A stretch of DNA of 64,000 nt from an uncultured candidatus Porisulfidus sp. (GTDB lineage: Bacteria; Pseudomonadota; Gammaproteobacteria; Poriferisulfidales; Oxydemutatoraceae). The notes below the pieces were generated by a model, which did no database searches, had not been told where the DNA came from, and saw nothing but the letters and a program-made list of their open reading frames with translations. A program made the translations under genes and the position numbers. The DNA lies in contig OZ244052.1 in assembly GCA_965215125.1 (NCBI GenBank), forward strand, positions 608,001-672,000. Direction: 5' to 3'. This document shows positions 41,598 to 53,944 of this stretch, piece by piece (positions within the stretch are counted from its first letter, which is position 1; each line of letters starts with the position of its first letter).

Positions 41598-43544
41598 ATG
41601 AGTAAAATTATAGGTGTTGACTTAGGCACAACCAATTCCTGCGTTGCGGTCATGGAAGGTGAAAGTGCAAAAATCATAGAAAATAGCGAAGGTGGTCGCA
41701 CCACCCCTTCAATCGTTGCTTTTTCTAAAGAAGGCGAAGTTTTAGTAGGACAATCCGCAAAACGGCAAGCGGTCACAAACCCGTCGGATACGCTATTTGC
41801 GATTAAACGGCTAATCGGACGTCGCTACGACGAAGAAGCCGTTAAAAAAGACCTAAAAATGGTTCCCTATAAAATCGTTAAATCAAAAAATAACGATGCT
41901 TGGGTTGAGGCCGGCGGGAAGCAAATGGCTCCGCCGGAAGTATCGGCACGTATTTTGATGAAAATGAAAAAAACTGCCGAGGATTATTTGGGAGAAGAGG
42001 TAAAGGAAGCAGTAATCACGGTTCCGGCATATTTTAACGACTCGCAACGACAAGCAACCAAAGATGCCGGCAAGATTGCGGGTTTAGAAGTAAAGCGTAT
42101 TATCAACGAACCGACTGCGGCAGCCCTCGCTTACGGTCTTGACAAAGCAAAAGCAGGCGACCATAAAATAGTCGTCTTTGACTTAGGCGGCGGCACTTTT
42201 GATATCTCCGTCATTGAAGTCGCCAGCGTCGAAGGCGAACAACAATTTGAAGTCCTTTCTACCAACGGTGATACTTTTTTGGGTGGAGAAGATTTTGACA
42301 CCCGTCTGATGGAGTATTTAGCCGATGAATTCAAAAAGGATCAAGGTATAGATTTGCATAACGATCCACTTGCTTTGCAGCGTCTTAAAGAAGCTGCCGA
42401 AAAAGCAAAAGTAGAACTATCATCGAGCCAACAGACCGAAATCAATCTGCCTTATATCACCGCCGACCAATCCGGACCGAAGCACCTCAATATAAAATTG
42501 ACTCGTGCCAAACTCGAATCCTTAGTAGAAGATTTAGTCAAACGAACCATAGAACCGTGCAAACAAGCCCTAAGCGATGCCAAAGTCAAAGCATCGGACA
42601 TCAGCGATGTGATTTTAGTCGGTGGGCAAACCCGTATGCCGTTGGTACAAAAATATGTTGCCGATTTCTTCGGTGCCGAACCGCGCAAAGATGTTAACCC
42701 CGACGAAGCGGTTGCTATAGGGGCTGCGATACAAGGCGGCGTTTTGGGTGGCGGCGTTAAAGATGTGTTGTTGCTCGATGTAACACCGCTATCCTTGGGC
42801 ATAGAAACACTGGGTGGCGTGATGACCAAACTAATCGAAAAAAACACCACGATCCCTACAAGCGCTTCGCAGATTTTCTCGACTGCCGAAGACCAACAAT
42901 CGGCGGTAACCGTACATGTATTGCAAGGTGAGCGCGAACGCGCTGCGACAAATAAATCACTCGGTCGTTTTGATTTGACCGATATACCACCGGCACCTAG
43001 AGGCATTCCACAAATAGAAGTCAGCTTTGACATAGATGCCAACGGAATACTCAACGTCTCGGCCAAAGATAAAGCGACCGGCAAAGAACAATCTATAATC
43101 GTTAAAGCATCGAGCGGTCTGTCCGATGAAGAGATTGAAAAAATGGTTAGCGATGCCGAACTACATGCAGAGGAAGATAAAAAATTCCAAGAACTCGTCG
43201 GCACGCGCAACCAAGCCGAAGCGTTGATACATGCGACCGAGAAGTCACTCAAAGAATTAGGAGACAAAGTTGAGGCAGACGAAAAAGAGCGCATAGAGAG
43301 TGCAATAAGTGAATTAAAAGAACTTATTAAAAATGACGACAAGGCTGCGATTGATGACGGCATACAAAAACTTGCCGAAGCATCGGGTAAACTTGCCGAG
43401 CGCGTCTATGCGGCACAACAAGAAAAACAAACCGAAGAACCCGTGTCTCAAACCGAATCGGAAAATTCATCGGATGACTCGGATAAAAAATCCGATAATA
43501 CGGTAGATGCCGAATTTGAGGAAGTTGACAACTCCAAAAAATAA
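41598..43544 (+). CDS. dnaK: Chaperone DnaK
   Basis: [25 protein letters not shown]. Confidence 0.98.
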   Translation: MSKIIGVDLGTTNSCVAVMEGESAKIIENSEGGRTTPSIVAFSKEGEVLVGQSAKRQAVTNPSDTLFAIKRLIGRRYDEEAVKKDLKMVPYKIVKSKNNDAWVEAGGKQMAPPEVSARILMKMKKTAEDYLGEEVKEAVITVPAYFNDSQRQATKDAGKIAGLEVKRIINEPTAAALAYGLDKAKAGDHKIVVFDLGGGTFDISVIEVASVEGEQQFEVLSTNGDTFLGGEDFDTRLMEYLADEFKKDQGIDLHNDPLALQRLKEAAEKAKVELSSSQQTEINLPYITADQSGPKHLNIKLTRAKLESLVEDLVKRTIEPCKQALSDAKVKASDISDVILVGGQTRMPLVQKYVADFFGAEPRKDVNPDEAVAIGAAIQGGVLGGGVKDVLLLDVTPLSLGIETLGGVMTKLIEKNTTIPTSASQIFSTAEDQQSAVTVHVLQGERERAATNKSLGRFDLTDIPPAPRGIPQIEVSFDIDANGILNVSAKDKATGKEQSIIVKASSGLSDEEIEKMVSDAELHAEEDKKFQELVGTRNQAEALIHATEKSLKELGDKVEADEKERIESAISELKELIKNDDKAAIDDGIQKLAEASGKLAERVYAAQQEKQTEEPVSQTESENSSDDSDKKSDNTVDAEFEEVDNSKK

Positions 43545-43629
43545 AACCGTTTGCGGATATCAAACATCCCCACCGTTTTGAACCTGCTCGGTTTTTGATT
43601 AAGCAGACAGGTTAAACGGGAGCAAGTTG

Positions 43630-44760
43630 ATGGCAAAAGAATATTACGAAACACTGGGTGTCTCTCGGCAAGCCGGTGCCGATGAAATACGGAAAGCATA
43701 CCGCCGTTTGGCGATGAAATACCACCCCGACCGTAACAAAGACGACAAAAAAGCCGAACAGAAATTCAAAGAAATTAAAGCAGCTTATGATGTCCTTTCG
43801 GATGACCAAAAGCGCGCTGCGTATGATCAATTCGGGCATGCAGGTTTAGGCAATAGTGGTGCGGCAAGCGGAAGCGGTAATTACCAAGATATATTCGGCG
43901 ATATATTTGAAAATTTCTTCGGCGGCGGCACCTCGTTCGGACAACGTGGTGGCCGCAGCACTGCATATCGTGGCAGCGATCTTGAGTACGCACTTGATTT
44001 AACACTTGAAGAGAGTGCTTACGGCATGGAGAAAAAAATCAGAATAAAGAGCATGCAGGCCTGTGACCGTTGCGACGGCACAGGCGCGGAACCCGGTAGC
44101 GGCTTAAAAACCTGTGGAACTTGTCATGGTAGCGGTCAGATTAATATGCAACAAGGTTTTATATCGTTTCAACAAACTTGTCCGACTTGCGGAGGGCGCG
44201 GTAAAATAATAGCCGACCCGTGTACAAAATGTCATGGGCGAGGACGAATAGAAGTACCCAGAACACTGTCGGTTAAAGTGCCCGCAGGAATAGACGACGG
44301 CGATAGTATACGATTGTCGAGCGAAGGAGAAGCAGGTATAGGTGGCGGATCTCCCGGCGATTTATTTATACGGATACGAATACGCCCGCACGAAGTATTC
44401 AAACGTCGCAACGGTAATTTGTTTATAGAAGTTCCGGTCTCTTTTCCTACGGCTGCCTTAGGTGGAGAGATAGAAATACCGTCTCTAGGAGGAAGGCTTA
44501 AACTCAAGATACCCAAAGGCACACAAAGTGGAAAAAACTTTAGAATGAGAGGAAAAGGGATTAAACACTTACGCGGCGGTGGTAGCGGCGACCTGATATG
44601 TCGTATAAACGTAGAAACACCGATTAACCTAACGTCTCGTCAAATGGGATTATTAGAAGAGCTCAACGGTTCATTGTCGGGTGCCAAACACTCACCTCGC
44701 TCGGAAAACTGGCTTGACGGCATCAAGAAGTTCTTGAATAAATTTGACCTCAACATATAA
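43630..44760 (+). CDS. dnaJ: Chaperone DnaJ
   Basis: HPD J-domain, G/F region, four CxxCxGxG repeats. Confidence 0.97.
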   Translation: MAKEYYETLGVSRQAGADEIRKAYRRLAMKYHPDRNKDDKKAEQKFKEIKAAYDVLSDDQKRAAYDQFGHAGLGNSGAASGSGNYQDIFGDIFENFFGGGTSFGQRGGRSTAYRGSDLEYALDLTLEESAYGMEKKIRIKSMQACDRCDGTGAEPGSGLKTCGTCHGSGQINMQQGFISFQQTCPTCGGRGKIIADPCTKCHGRGRIEVPRTLSVKVPAGIDDGDSIRLSSEGEAGIGGGSPGDLFIRIRIRPHEVFKRRNGNLFIEVPVSFPTAALGGEIEIPSLGGRLKLKIPKGTQSGKNFRMRGKGIKHLRGGGSGDLICRINVETPINLTSRQMGLLEELNGSLSGAKHSPRSENWLDGIKKFLNKFDLNI

Positions 44761-44816
44761 GTTTATGTAACAAAAGACTATAATTTTAATAACAGCGATA
44801 CGACTACTCTATAAAA

Positions 44817-45599
44817 ATGGAAAAAAAACAAATCAAAGTTGCAATCAACGGCGCGGCAGGCCGTATGGGGCGTGCAATTTCCGAAGTGATAGATGGGCGC
44901 AAAGATATGATTATTAGCCATGCCTACGATCGTCCCGGTTCTAAGGCCATAGCCAAACACCTATGCGATATCTCCGGCAGTCAATCTCAAGTGATCGTAG
45001 AAGCGTCCGATACGATACGCAAAGGTCGTTTTGATGTATTGATTGATTTTTCTATGCCCTCCTCGGTAATCGATGCAGTGCAACATTGCCTGCAAGTTAA
45101 GCAGCCTATGGTCATCGGCGTAACCGGTTTCAGCGATACGCAAAAGGAGAAACTGCAAGCATTTGCCGAAGAAATTCCTGTATTAATGTCGCCGAATATG
45201 AGCATCGGTGTTAATCTATGTTTTGCTCTATTGGCGCGTATAACGCAAACGGCTTGGGGTAAAAACGCACAAGTTGAAATTATAGAAACACATCACCGAA
45301 ACAAAAAAGATAAGCCATCGGGAACCGCACTCAGAATGGGCGAGATTATTGCCGAAAAAAAAGGTGTCGATTTAAGCGACATCGCGATGGAATCTTATCG
45401 GGAAGGCGAAATAATGGGAGAACATAAAGTCTTCTTTTCCACAAACAACGAGCGTATAGAACTGAGGCACGAAGCCATGGATCGTTCTCCATTTGCCAAC
45501 GGTGCGGTGCATGCCGCAGGGTGGGTCGTCAACACCCGACCAAAACCGGGAAGAATCTATACGATGAACGATGTTATAGCAACATCCAACGAAGCATAA
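44817..45599 (+). CDS. dapB: 4-hydroxy-tetrahydrodipicolinate reductase
   Basis: GAAGRMG, IDFS, IETHHRNKKDKPSGTA. Confidence 0.93.
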   Translation: MEKKQIKVAINGAAGRMGRAISEVIDGRKDMIISHAYDRPGSKAIAKHLCDISGSQSQVIVEASDTIRKGRFDVLIDFSMPSSVIDAVQHCLQVKQPMVIGVTGFSDTQKEKLQAFAEEIPVLMSPNMSIGVNLCFALLARITQTAWGKNAQVEIIETHHRNKKDKPSGTALRMGEIIAEKKGVDLSDIAMESYREGEIMGEHKVFFSTNNERIELRHEAMDRSPFANGAVHAAGWVVNTRPKPGRIYTMNDVIATSNEA

Positions 45600-45675
45600 A
45601 CTTGGGGCTGTTGAAAATAAAACCGCCACATAAAATATTTATCCATCTAATTTACGATAATCACCTATAGAGGCA

Positions 45676-45763
45676 GACTTTACATTTTGTAATGTCAGCG
45701 TTACTCAATGTGCCGGGGTTCTGCACAACATTACGCCGATTGACCTACCGGCTCAATCGGCGG
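45676..45763 (-). repeat. Structured repeat family A copy
   Basis: CTTTACATTTTGTAAT...TGCCGGGGTTCTGCACAAC...GCCGATTGA-CCTACCGGC-TCAATCGGC. Confidence 0.88.
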
Positions 45764-45814
45764 CATGACCGGTGTTTGAATAATGTACTTCTAACATATA
45801 GAATAAGCAATCTG

Positions 45815-46315
45815 ATGGTTAAGAAACTTCCTTTGGTGGTTCGGCCCGACACGTTGGCACAAAATAAGACAAGAATTGAGGGTTATTTGGCAATAGAAAA
45901 ATTACCCAGATTGTCGCTTATGTGTCCGTCTTCCCGAACGCCTATAGAAGCGACGCTTGATTTCGGGTTGCACACCGCTTACGGTTGCGTGTCTCTAAAA
46001 ATAGGGATTGCGGCAACATTGGTTTTGGAGTGTCAGAGATGTTTATCACCGATGCAGTGGAAAACTCGGCTTGAAAATCGGCTGTGTATCGTTGAAAACG
46101 ATGCACACGCGCGTCGTTTGCCGAATAGCACGGACTATTATGTTTGCACTTCGGGTAGAATATCTATAGCCGATTTAATAGAAGACGAGTTGTTATTGGT
46201 GATACCGCAAAACCCGATGCACAATAGCAAAGACGAGTGCAACCCGGAGTTTATCGGTTATTTAAGTCGCTACCGTTGTCAAGGCAAAAGGGAAAATGTC
46301 AAAGAAATAGAGTAA
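45815..46315 (+). CDS. yceD: YceD/DUF177 family protein
   Basis: LECQRCL, LIEDELLL.IP..PMH; directly upstream of rpmF. The ORF-track N-terminus is repeat-derived. Confidence 0.8.
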   Translation: MVKKLPLVVRPDTLAQNKTRIEGYLAIEKLPRLSLMCPSSRTPIEATLDFGLHTAYGCVSLKIGIAATLVLECQRCLSPMQWKTRLENRLCIVENDAHARRLPNSTDYYVCTSGRISIADLIEDELLLVIPQNPMHNSKDECNPEFIGYLSRYRCQGKRENVKEIE

Positions 46316-46334
46316 TTATTTTTAGGAGATAAAC

Positions 46335-46538
46335 ATGGCTGTACAGCAAAACAGAAAAACTCGTGCCAAACGAGATATGCGCCGTTCGCACGATAAAGTT
46401 AAACCTGCCACTTTATCGATTGATTCTACGACCGGTACTAAACATCGACGTCATCATATCAGCGACGACGGTTTTTATCGCGGCGAAGAGGTGATCGTTC
46501 AAGAAATATATAGCGAAGAGGAAGAAGAAAAAGAATAG
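46335..46538 (+). CDS. rpmF: 50S ribosomal protein L32
   Basis: [18 protein letters not shown]...HRRHHI..DGFYRG. Confidence 0.95.
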   Translation: MAVQQNRKTRAKRDMRRSHDKVKPATLSIDSTTGTKHRRHHISDDGFYRGEEVIVQEIYSEEEEEKE

Positions 46539-46577
46539 GCAAGCAGGTATTGCCTTCTTTGTTCATATCCTAAAATT

Positions 46578-47594
46578 ATGAACGATCGCGTCAGTGTAGC
46601 CATAGACTCAATGAGCGGTGATCACGGTCTGGACGTGACCGTGCCGGCAGCGATTTCTGCGATTGCCAGATATAACGATTTGCATCTATTAGTGGTGGGT
46701 GATAGCAATTTGATAGAATCGAAGTTATCTGCACTCGATATAGACACTAGGCAACGTGTAGATTGCGTCCATAGTACGCAAATCGTAGAAATGCACGAAC
46801 CACCCACCGTTGCGCTACGCACAAAAAAAGATTCTTCAATGCGAATTGCGATCAACTTGATTAGAGAGAACCGCGCCCAAGCCTGCGTGAGCGCGGGAAA
46901 TACCGGTGCATTAACCGCAATATCACGCTATATATTGCGCACTCTAGCCGGTATCGACCGACCGGCAATAATTACCGCTTTGCCGACAACCAAAGGACAT
47001 ACCTACATGCTCGATTTGGGGGCAAACGTAGATTGCAAAGCGGAACATTTATTCCAATTTTCGGTCATGGGTGCAGTACTAGCTTCGGCGGTCGACGGAT
47101 TGGAGACTCCTCGCGTCGGCCTACTCAACATAGGAGAAGAAACTATCAAAGGCAACGATCAGATCAAAGAAGCCGATCGTCAGCTACGCGCCAGTAAACT
47201 TAACTATATAGGTTATGTCGAAGCCAACCGTATCTACGAAGGTGTCGCAGATGTAGTCATAACCGACGGTTTCGTCGGCAACGTTGCCTTGAAAACAGCC
47301 GAAGGCACGGCTGCTTTTATTTCCCATTCTCTCAAGCAAGCATTTAAGCGTAACTTAATGACTAAATTCAGTGCTATGCTCGCTCAGCCTACGCTTAAAC
47401 TGATTGCCCAAACTATAGATGCGCGTAGTTATAACGGTGCCAGTTTGCTGGGCTTGCAAGGTGTGGTAATCAAAAGTCATGGCAGTGCCGACCGATTAGC
47501 TTTTGAAAAAGCAATAGAGGTGGCACGATTAGAAGCCATGAAACAGGTACCGCAGATGATAGACAAACAACTCGAAGAAATGCTCGTCGACTAA
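46578..47594 (+). CDS. plsX: Phosphate acyltransferase PlsX
   Basis: [37 protein letters not shown]. Confidence 0.95.
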   Translation: MNDRVSVAIDSMSGDHGLDVTVPAAISAIARYNDLHLLVVGDSNLIESKLSALDIDTRQRVDCVHSTQIVEMHEPPTVALRTKKDSSMRIAINLIRENRAQACVSAGNTGALTAISRYILRTLAGIDRPAIITALPTTKGHTYMLDLGANVDCKAEHLFQFSVMGAVLASAVDGLETPRVGLLNIGEETIKGNDQIKEADRQLRASKLNYIGYVEANRIYEGVADVVITDGFVGNVALKTAEGTAAFISHSLKQAFKRNLMTKFSAMLAQPTLKLIAQTIDARSYNGASLLGLQGVVIKSHGSADRLAFEKAIEVARLEAMKQVPQMIDKQLEEMLVD

Positions 47595-47598
47595 GACT

Positions 47599-48549
47599 AT
47601 GGCTATTTATACAAAAATAACCGGTAGCGGATCCTATTTGCCCGAGAAAATTCTAAGCAACAAAGACCTGGAGAAAGTTGTCGACACCTCCGACCAGTGG
47701 ATACGCGAGCGTACCGGAGTAAAACAAAGACATATTGCGGCAAACGGAGAAACCGGCAGTCAACTCGCTTACTATGCCTCACGCAAGGCGATGGAAATGG
47801 CATTGGTGACCAACAAAGACATTGATCTGTTAATTTGCGCAACAACCACCCCCGATAAAATATTTCCCAGCAACGCCTGTGTCATACAGCGCAGATTAGG
47901 TGTGCATCGGTGTCCGGCTTTTGATATACAAGCAGCCTGCACCGGTTTTATTTATGCTATGGATATTGCCAATCGCTTCATTAAAATGGGCAGTGCCAAG
48001 TGTGCTTTGGTAATCGGGTCGGAGATATTGTCTCGCATCATAGACTGGAGTGATCGTTCAACCTGCGTGCTTTTCGGAGACGGTGCCGGTGCGGTCGTGT
48101 TGCAAGCCGATACCGAACCCGGTATCTATTCAACTCACATACACGCAGACGGTCAGTACGAGGAATTATTGTATGTAGACGGGATGCCGGCATCGGACAA
48201 TTGTTACATCAGAATGAAAGGAAGCGAGGTATTCAAGACCGCAGTTCAAACTTTGGGACAAATTGTAGATGAAACACTGGAGGCGAATAATTTAGACCGT
48301 AGTGCTATAGATTGGCTGGTGCCTCACCAAGCTAATTTACGAATTCTTGCCGCAATAGCTAAAAAACTCGCACTACCGATGGAACGCGTCGTCGTCACCG
48401 TCGACAAGCACGCAAATACTTCGGCTGCGTCAATACCGCTGGCACTCGACGAGGCAGTCAGAGATCAACGCATACGATCGGGAGACACCGTGATGCTGGA
48501 AGCCTTCGGTAGCGGTTTTACTTGGGGGTCTGCACTACTAAAGTTTTAG
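47599..48549 (+). CDS. fabH: 3-oxoacyl-ACP synthase III
   Basis: [26 protein letters not shown]. Confidence 0.95.
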   Translation: MAIYTKITGSGSYLPEKILSNKDLEKVVDTSDQWIRERTGVKQRHIAANGETGSQLAYYASRKAMEMALVTNKDIDLLICATTTPDKIFPSNACVIQRRLGVHRCPAFDIQAACTGFIYAMDIANRFIKMGSAKCALVIGSEILSRIIDWSDRSTCVLFGDGAGAVVLQADTEPGIYSTHIHADGQYEELLYVDGMPASDNCYIRMKGSEVFKTAVQTLGQIVDETLEANNLDRSAIDWLVPHQANLRILAAIAKKLALPMERVVVTVDKHANTSAASIPLALDEAVRDQRIRSGDTVMLEAFGSGFTWGSALLKF

Positions 48550-48562
48550 GCCCTTATAGACC

Positions 48563-49204
48563 ATGACTCGCTTTTTTAGCCCTAGCTGTAGACGTTGTAG
48601 TCGTCTAAGCGAGTATCTGATACAGATTAAGAAAATATATCCCGATTATCATTGTGCGCCGGTACCACCTTTAGGGCCTTTGGATGCTCGGCTGGTTATC
48701 GTCGGCCTAGCACCCGGCAAACACGGGGCGAACCGTAGCGGCAGGGTTTTCACCGGCGACTATGCGGGTGTAGTGCTTTACAAAACACTCTATAAATACG
48801 GGTTCAGCAATCAACCTACATCGATTTCTCATGACGACTCTCTCGTATTAAATAACTGTAGGATTACCAATGCCGTCAAATGCTTGCCGCCGGATAATAA
48901 ACCCAATCTTGCGGAGATTAAAACTTGCAACCGTTTTCTTAAAGCGGAAATACGAGCATTGCAACCCAATGCGATTTTACTCGCTTTGGGACATATCGCA
49001 CATTCGGCAATCGTGCGCGCCTACGGCTTAAGGCAATCCGAATATCGCTTCAAGCACGGTCGTGTATATTCTCTTCCCGACAACAAAAAGTTAATAGATT
49101 CCTACCATTGCAGCCGCTATAACATTCAGACCCAACGTTTGACCCGGAGGCAATTCGAGGCTATTTTTGCAAAGATTGTTAAACTAATCTCTTGCCACGA
49201 TTAA
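48563..49204 (+). CDS. Uracil-DNA glycosylase family 5 (UdgB-like)
   Basis: CRRCSRL, GLAPGKHGANRSGRVFTGD, CLPP.NKP, SYHCSRYN. Confidence 0.88.
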   Translation: MTRFFSPSCRRCSRLSEYLIQIKKIYPDYHCAPVPPLGPLDARLVIVGLAPGKHGANRSGRVFTGDYAGVVLYKTLYKYGFSNQPTSISHDDSLVLNNCRITNAVKCLPPDNKPNLAEIKTCNRFLKAEIRALQPNAILLALGHIAHSAIVRAYGLRQSEYRFKHGRVYSLPDNKKLIDSYHCSRYNIQTQRLTRRQFEAIFAKIVKLISCHD

Positions 49205-49238
49205 ATATGTTTTAGACGCGACAAAGAGGTATATACCG

Positions 49239-51059
49239 ATGAGTGAGTTTGATGCTAAAGAATTCATAGCCACCCTACCCCATGTATCGGGCACTTATCA
49301 AATGCTCGATACCACGGGAGAACGGCTCTATGTAGGCAAAGCAAAAGACCTCAAAAAGCGTGTCGCCTCGTACTTTAGAAAACACGGTTTGTCGCAAAAA
49401 ACCAAAAGCATGGTCGATCAAATTGCCGATATTAGGATTACAGTGACGCAAACCGAATCCGAAGCCTTATTACTGGAAAATAACTTAATCAAAAAATACA
49501 TGCCGCGCTATAACGTGCTATTGCGCGACGACAAAAGTTATCCTTATATCTATATATCGAATAACGAGAAATTTCCACGCATCGCTTTTTATCGCGGAGC
49601 CCGCAATACAGACGAACATTATTACGGGCCGTATCCCAGTGTCGCTGCGGTAAGGCTTACGATCAACCTGCTCCAAAAACTATTCAAGCTACGCACGTGC
49701 CAGCCCTCGTATTTTAAGAACCGCACCCGCCCGTGCCTGCAATATCAAATCAAAAGATGCAGTGCCCCTTGTGTAAACTATATTGCTCCACAAGATTATC
49801 GACAAGAATTATCGCACGCCATACAATTCTTGGAGGGTAATAGCCGAAGCCTAATCGAAACCTTAATTAAACGCATGGACAAAGCTGCACACGCCTTAAA
49901 TTACGAGGAAGCGGCGCACTACAGAGATCAAGTTGCGTTGTTGCGACAAGTCTCCGACCAGCAACTCATCACCGGTGAAGGCGGAGATACCGACATCATC
50001 GCCGGAGGAATCAAAGAAACACATGCTTGCGTGCAAGTGTTCAACATTCGCGGTGGAATGAATATAGGCAACAAGGCCTTCTATCCGAACTTGCCGAATA
50101 GCGATATCGGCATGGCGCGACTGTTGACCACATTCGCCGGGCAGTATTATCTCAAGCACCCCATCCCGGATGAAATTATTTTTAGCCATAAACCGGATGA
50201 CCAAACTACTCTAACGAACATGTTAATCGAAAAATCCGGTCGTAAAGTCAAATTGATTACTCGGACGGTGCGTGGCAAGAAGAGAAAATATCTGGAACTT
50301 GCGACTAAGAATGCCGATATTGCGTTGAAAGCCAAATTGTTATCCCGCGCCGGCATGCACAAACGACTACAAAGCCTGCAAGAAGCACTCAATTTATCGG
50401 AACTTCCCGTCCGTATGGAATGTTTTGACATCAGTCATACTATGGGTGAAAAAACCGTAGGTGCTTGTGTGGTATTCGATCAAACCGGTGCACTCAAACA
50501 GGAATACAGACTTTTTAACATCACCGACATCATCGGTGGCGACGACTACGCAGCGATGAAACAAGCACTACAAAGACGTTATCGGCGCGTTAAATCAAAC
50601 GACGGTAAAATACCTAATTTACTCTTTATAGACGGAGGCAAAGGACAAACCAAAGAAGCACAAAAAGTTCTAAAAGAACTTAATCTGCCCGATGTGACTA
50701 TCGTCGGTATCGCTAAGGGAGTTGAAAGAAAGCCCGGATTAGAAACATTAATACACGGCGACCTCGGCATAGACATAAAACTGGACGCGGATTCGCCGGC
50801 ATTGCATCTGATACAGCAGATACGAGACGAAGCGCATCGCTTTGCCATCAGCGGGCATCGCCGGCAACGCGACAAAGCCAGACGACACTCACCGCTAGAG
50901 GATATACCGGGACTGGGAACGAAGCGACGCCAATCTTTATTACGCTATTTCGGTGGTTGGCAAGGTGTCAATAGAGCGAGCATAGAAGAACTCGGGAAGG
51001 TGCCGGGAATCAGCCTGAAACTAGCGGGATTGATCTATCAAACATTACACGAAGAGTAA
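49239..51059 (+). CDS. uvrC: Excinuclease ABC subunit C
   Basis: YVGKAKDLKKRV, ECFDISH, IDGGKGQ, RDEAHRFA, HhH. Confidence 0.97.
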   Translation: MSEFDAKEFIATLPHVSGTYQMLDTTGERLYVGKAKDLKKRVASYFRKHGLSQKTKSMVDQIADIRITVTQTESEALLLENNLIKKYMPRYNVLLRDDKSYPYIYISNNEKFPRIAFYRGARNTDEHYYGPYPSVAAVRLTINLLQKLFKLRTCQPSYFKNRTRPCLQYQIKRCSAPCVNYIAPQDYRQELSHAIQFLEGNSRSLIETLIKRMDKAAHALNYEEAAHYRDQVALLRQVSDQQLITGEGGDTDIIAGGIKETHACVQVFNIRGGMNIGNKAFYPNLPNSDIGMARLLTTFAGQYYLKHPIPDEIIFSHKPDDQTTLTNMLIEKSGRKVKLITRTVRGKKRKYLELATKNADIALKAKLLSRAGMHKRLQSLQEALNLSELPVRMECFDISHTMGEKTVGACVVFDQTGALKQEYRLFNITDIIGGDDYAAMKQALQRRYRRVKSNDGKIPNLLFIDGGKGQTKEAQKVLKELNLPDVTIVGIAKGVERKPGLETLIHGDLGIDIKLDADSPALHLIQQIRDEAHRFAISGHRRQRDKARRHSPLEDIPGLGTKRRQSLLRYFGGWQGVNRASIEELGKVPGISLKLAGLIYQTLHEE

Positions 51060-51626
51060 ATGAAAGCTAAATTACCGAACATTTTAACATTCTCGCGTAT
51101 TCTGTTGATACCGTTGTTGATATTGTTTTTTTATCTGCCCTATCGCTGGAGTTTATATTTTTGCACGCTGATATTTATACTCGCAATGCTAACCGATTGG
51201 CTGGACGGTTATCTAGCAAGACGTTTTAATCAGCAAAGTTCTTTCGGGGCATTTTTGGATCCTGTCGCGGACAAACTGGTAATCAGCACCGCGCTAATCC
51301 TCATCGTCAGCCGGCAACAGGACTGGGTCATCACCTTGCCGGCATTGGTTATCGTTGGTAGAGAAATCGCAGTCAGCGCGCTACGCGAATGGATGGCAGA
51401 GTTAGGGCAAAGGTCTTTGCTCGCAGTCTCGGTTATCGCCAAGATAAAGACTGCCGCACAGGCTGCCGCAATCGCTACATTGCTATGGCACTATCCGATA
51501 CTCGGCGTAGATATACATCGTCTAGGATTGATACTGCTATATTTTGCCGCAATACTCACACTGATTTCCATGTTTGACTATCTAAAAATAGCGTGGAAAT
51601 CGATGCGTAATAGAACCGCCGATTGA
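51060..51626 (+). CDS. pgsA: CDP-diacylglycerol--glycerol-3-phosphate 3-phosphatidyltransferase
   Basis: PNILT..R, TDWLDGYLARR...GAFLDPVADK, REIAVSALREWMA. Confidence 0.95.
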   Translation: MKAKLPNILTFSRILLIPLLILFFYLPYRWSLYFCTLIFILAMLTDWLDGYLARRFNQQSSFGAFLDPVADKLVISTALILIVSRQQDWVITLPALVIVGREIAVSALREWMAELGQRSLLAVSVIAKIKTAAQAAAIATLLWHYPILGVDIHRLGLILLYFAAILTLISMFDYLKIAWKSMRNRTAD

Positions 51627-51767
51627 GCTTGTAGGGGCAGAATAAAGCCGCCGATTGAGCCGGTGGGTCAATCGGCAATTCTGATGTCCGCCCGATAGGT
51701 CAATCGGCGTGATATTGTACAGAACCCCGGCATATACAAAATGTAAAGCCTTTTCATGTGGTAGTTT
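51611..51767 (+). repeat. Cluster of structured repeat family A pieces
   Basis: TAGAACCGCCGATTGAGC (51611); full hairpin 51650-51676; TAGGTCAATCGGCGTGATATTGTACAGAACCCCGGCA..ACAAAATGTAAAGCC tail. Confidence 0.85.
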
Positions 51768-51851
51768 CAAACGCGCTGCACTCGCATAATAAATATATTC
51801 ATCTATCAAATTGATGGGCACCTATCATGGCCTACATTATGATTATGGTAT

Positions 51852-51927
51852 TGGTGGAGCCGAGGGGATTCGAACCCCCGACCTCGACAATGCGAATGTC
51901 GCGCTCTCCCAACTGAGCTACGGCCCC
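51852..51927 (-). tRNA. tRNA-Ala(CGC)
   Basis: GGGGCCGTAGCTCAGTTGGGAGAGCGCGACATTCGCATTGTCGAGGTCGGGGGTTCGAATCCCCTCGGCTCCACCA; G3:U70 pair. Confidence 0.95.
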
Positions 51928-51968
51928 GTGAATCATTCGTGTATTGTATGACGATTGGGTATGTAGGT

Positions 51969-52928
51969 CTAGCTTCGCATCGCTATACCCGAAAGATCCC
52001 AAAGTTCCTTGGGCAATCTAAATGTCACCGTTTCCTCAATACCCGCTTGTTCTACAACTTCGGTTGCTCCGTAATCTTTGAGTTTCTGTACAACCTGTTT
52101 GACCAAAGTCTCGGGCGCGGATGCACCCGCCGAAAGCCCTATACATTTTTTACCGGCCAACCACTTCGGTAGGATCTCGTCGGGCATATCGATCAAATAG
52201 GATTCAACGCCTTGCTTAACCGCAATTTCGTGTAGGCGATTGGAGTTTGAACTATTCTTGGAACCCACGATTAACATTAAATCACATACTTTAACCAGTT
52301 TCTTGACCGTGTTTTGGCGGTTTTGGGTCGCATAACAAATGTCGTCTTTGCGAGGTCTGCGTATGCTCGGAAAACGTTCCACCAATATCTTTATAATCTC
52401 GGCAGTATCGTCCAACGACAATGTCGTTTGCGTTACCATCGCAACTTTATTTGCATTGCGAACTTGTACCCGTTCGGCATCTTGGGTGGATTCCACTAAA
52501 AAAATAGCGTCGGCCGAGGTTGTGTCGTATTGTCCCATCGTCCCGTCGACTTCCGGATGCCCGCGATGCCCTATCAGAATCGTCTCATAACCATCTTGTT
52601 GATTTTTTAATACTTCTAAATGTACTTTGGTAACCAGCGGACAGGTAGCGTCTATCACGCGCAGTCGGCGGCGGCGAGCTTCGGCCCGCACATCCCGAGA
52701 AACACCGTGCGCACTAAAAACAACAACCGACTCTTCGGGTATTTCGTTTAATTCTTCGACAAAAACAGCCCCCTTATCTCTAAGTTCCGTCACCACATAG
52801 CGATTATGCACAACCTCGTGCCGCACATAGATAGGCTTACCGAGCATAGCCAATGCACGCTCTACTATCTCAACGGCTCTATCTACACCGGCACAAAAGC
52901 CTCTGGGGTTGGCTAAAAGAATTTTCAT
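51969..52928 (-). CDS. ispH: 4-hydroxy-3-methylbut-2-enyl diphosphate reductase
   Basis: [32 protein letters not shown]. Confidence 0.97.
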   Translation of the reverse strand: MKILLANPRGFCAGVDRAVEIVERALAMLGKPIYVRHEVVHNRYVVTELRDKGAVFVEELNEIPEESVVVFSAHGVSRDVRAEARRRRLRVIDATCPLVTKVHLEVLKNQQDGYETILIGHRGHPEVDGTMGQYDTTSADAIFLVESTQDAERVQVRNANKVAMVTQTTLSLDDTAEIIKILVERFPSIRRPRKDDICYATQNRQNTVKKLVKVCDLMLIVGSKNSSNSNRLHEIAVKQGVESYLIDMPDEILPKWLAGKKCIGLSAGASAPETLVKQVVQKLKDYGATEVVEQAGIEETVTFRLPKELWDLSGIAMRS

Positions 52929-53452
52929 TGCGTATTCGGAACCTTGTCGCGAAGGGCTACGACTATGATCATCAGCGCACCGACGGTGATGCCTATATCC
53001 GCTATGTTAAATGTCGGCCAATGATAGGACCGATAATAAACATCCAAAAAATCGACAACCGCGCCCCTGAACAGACGATCGATTAAATTACCCAAGGCAC
53101 CTCCCATTATCATTACTATGCCGGTAGCCGACATGACTGCGCCCGGTTCTCCGGGTTTCAACTTTCTGAGTAGAGACCAAAGAATACCGCATACGACCAC
53201 CGTCACTATAACGAAAAACCATCGTTGCCATCCACCCGCCTCGCTGAGCAAACTAAAAGCGGCACCGGTGTTGTACCACAAAGTCAAATTAAACGACGGC
53301 ATGACAGGATAAGGCTGACCTTGGAGTAACCACGATTCCGCAAACCCTTTGCTGATTTGATCCAGCAATACGATGAGTAGGACAACCCCGAGCCATTTAT
53401 AGTGGTAATTTTTCAATAATGCTCGTTGGGCGGTATTGGTGGAAGCATCCAT
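52925..53452 (-). CDS. lspA: Signal peptidase II
   Basis: [31 protein letters not shown]. Confidence 0.95.
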   Translation of the reverse strand: MDASTNTAQRALLKNYHYKWLGVVLLIVLLDQISKGFAESWLLQGQPYPVMPSFNLTLWYNTGAAFSLLSEAGGWQRWFFVIVTVVVCGILWSLLRKLKPGEPGAVMSATGIVMIMGGALGNLIDRLFRGAVVDFLDVYYRSYHWPTFNIADIGITVGALMIIVVALRDKVPNTQ

Positions 53453-53470
53453 TTTGTGCGGTAGAAAATT

Positions 53471-53869
53471 CTAGTCGGAAAGATTTTTTCTTTTTATCAA
53501 TCTCCAATGCACCATAAACAAGATGACCTGAATCAACAAAACAATGGAATACTGCACGATGTCCTGCAAGCCCTCTCTTTGTTCCCCTTTGAGCGCAATG
53601 CGATACGCCGCTTTGCGTGCTTCAGTGATCTCCTGTTCCGACATATTTTTTAATTTATCGGCAAAACTCTCGGTATCCGGACGGGTTGCGATAAATTCAT
53701 CGTTACTTTGGTATTTTGAATGTTCCCAACTAGCCAAAGTCAACTCGGGTGCAGCTATGCTCGTCATAGCATAAATAAGAATCCCGAGGGCGATGCTACC
53801 TATCAGCACATTGATAAAACAAACCGCAAAAGCATAAAGCTCAAGAAATGTCCTTTTAGTCATTGCCAT
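53471..53869 (-). CDS. Hypothetical two-TM membrane protein
   Basis: AGGAG RBS; two hydrophobic segments. Confidence 0.65.
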   Translation of the reverse strand: MAMTKRTFLELYAFAVCFINVLIGSIALGILIYAMTSIAAPELTLASWEHSKYQSNDEFIATRPDTESFADKLKNMSEQEITEARKAAYRIALKGEQREGLQDIVQYSIVLLIQVILFMVHWRLIKRKNLSD

Positions 53870-53944
53870 TTATTTCTCCTTCTCTGAGATTGTGTTCATA
53901 CTACTATTATAACGGCAGCGGTCTCTTAAAAGTATCAACATCCC

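Noticed and set aside
42452-43363. 303-aa ORF antisense to dnaK
   Set aside because: Well-known shadow ORF arising from dnaK codon usage.
44621-44632. CCGATTAACCTA inside dnaJ resembling repeat A
   Set aside because: Short, encodes ordinary DnaJ residues (PINL) and has no second stem arm.
45692-45814. N-terminal extension of yceD, and ORFs 51582..51821, 63502..63759, 24148..24485
   Set aside because: These are translations of repeat DNA ([10 protein letters not shown]-like peptides).
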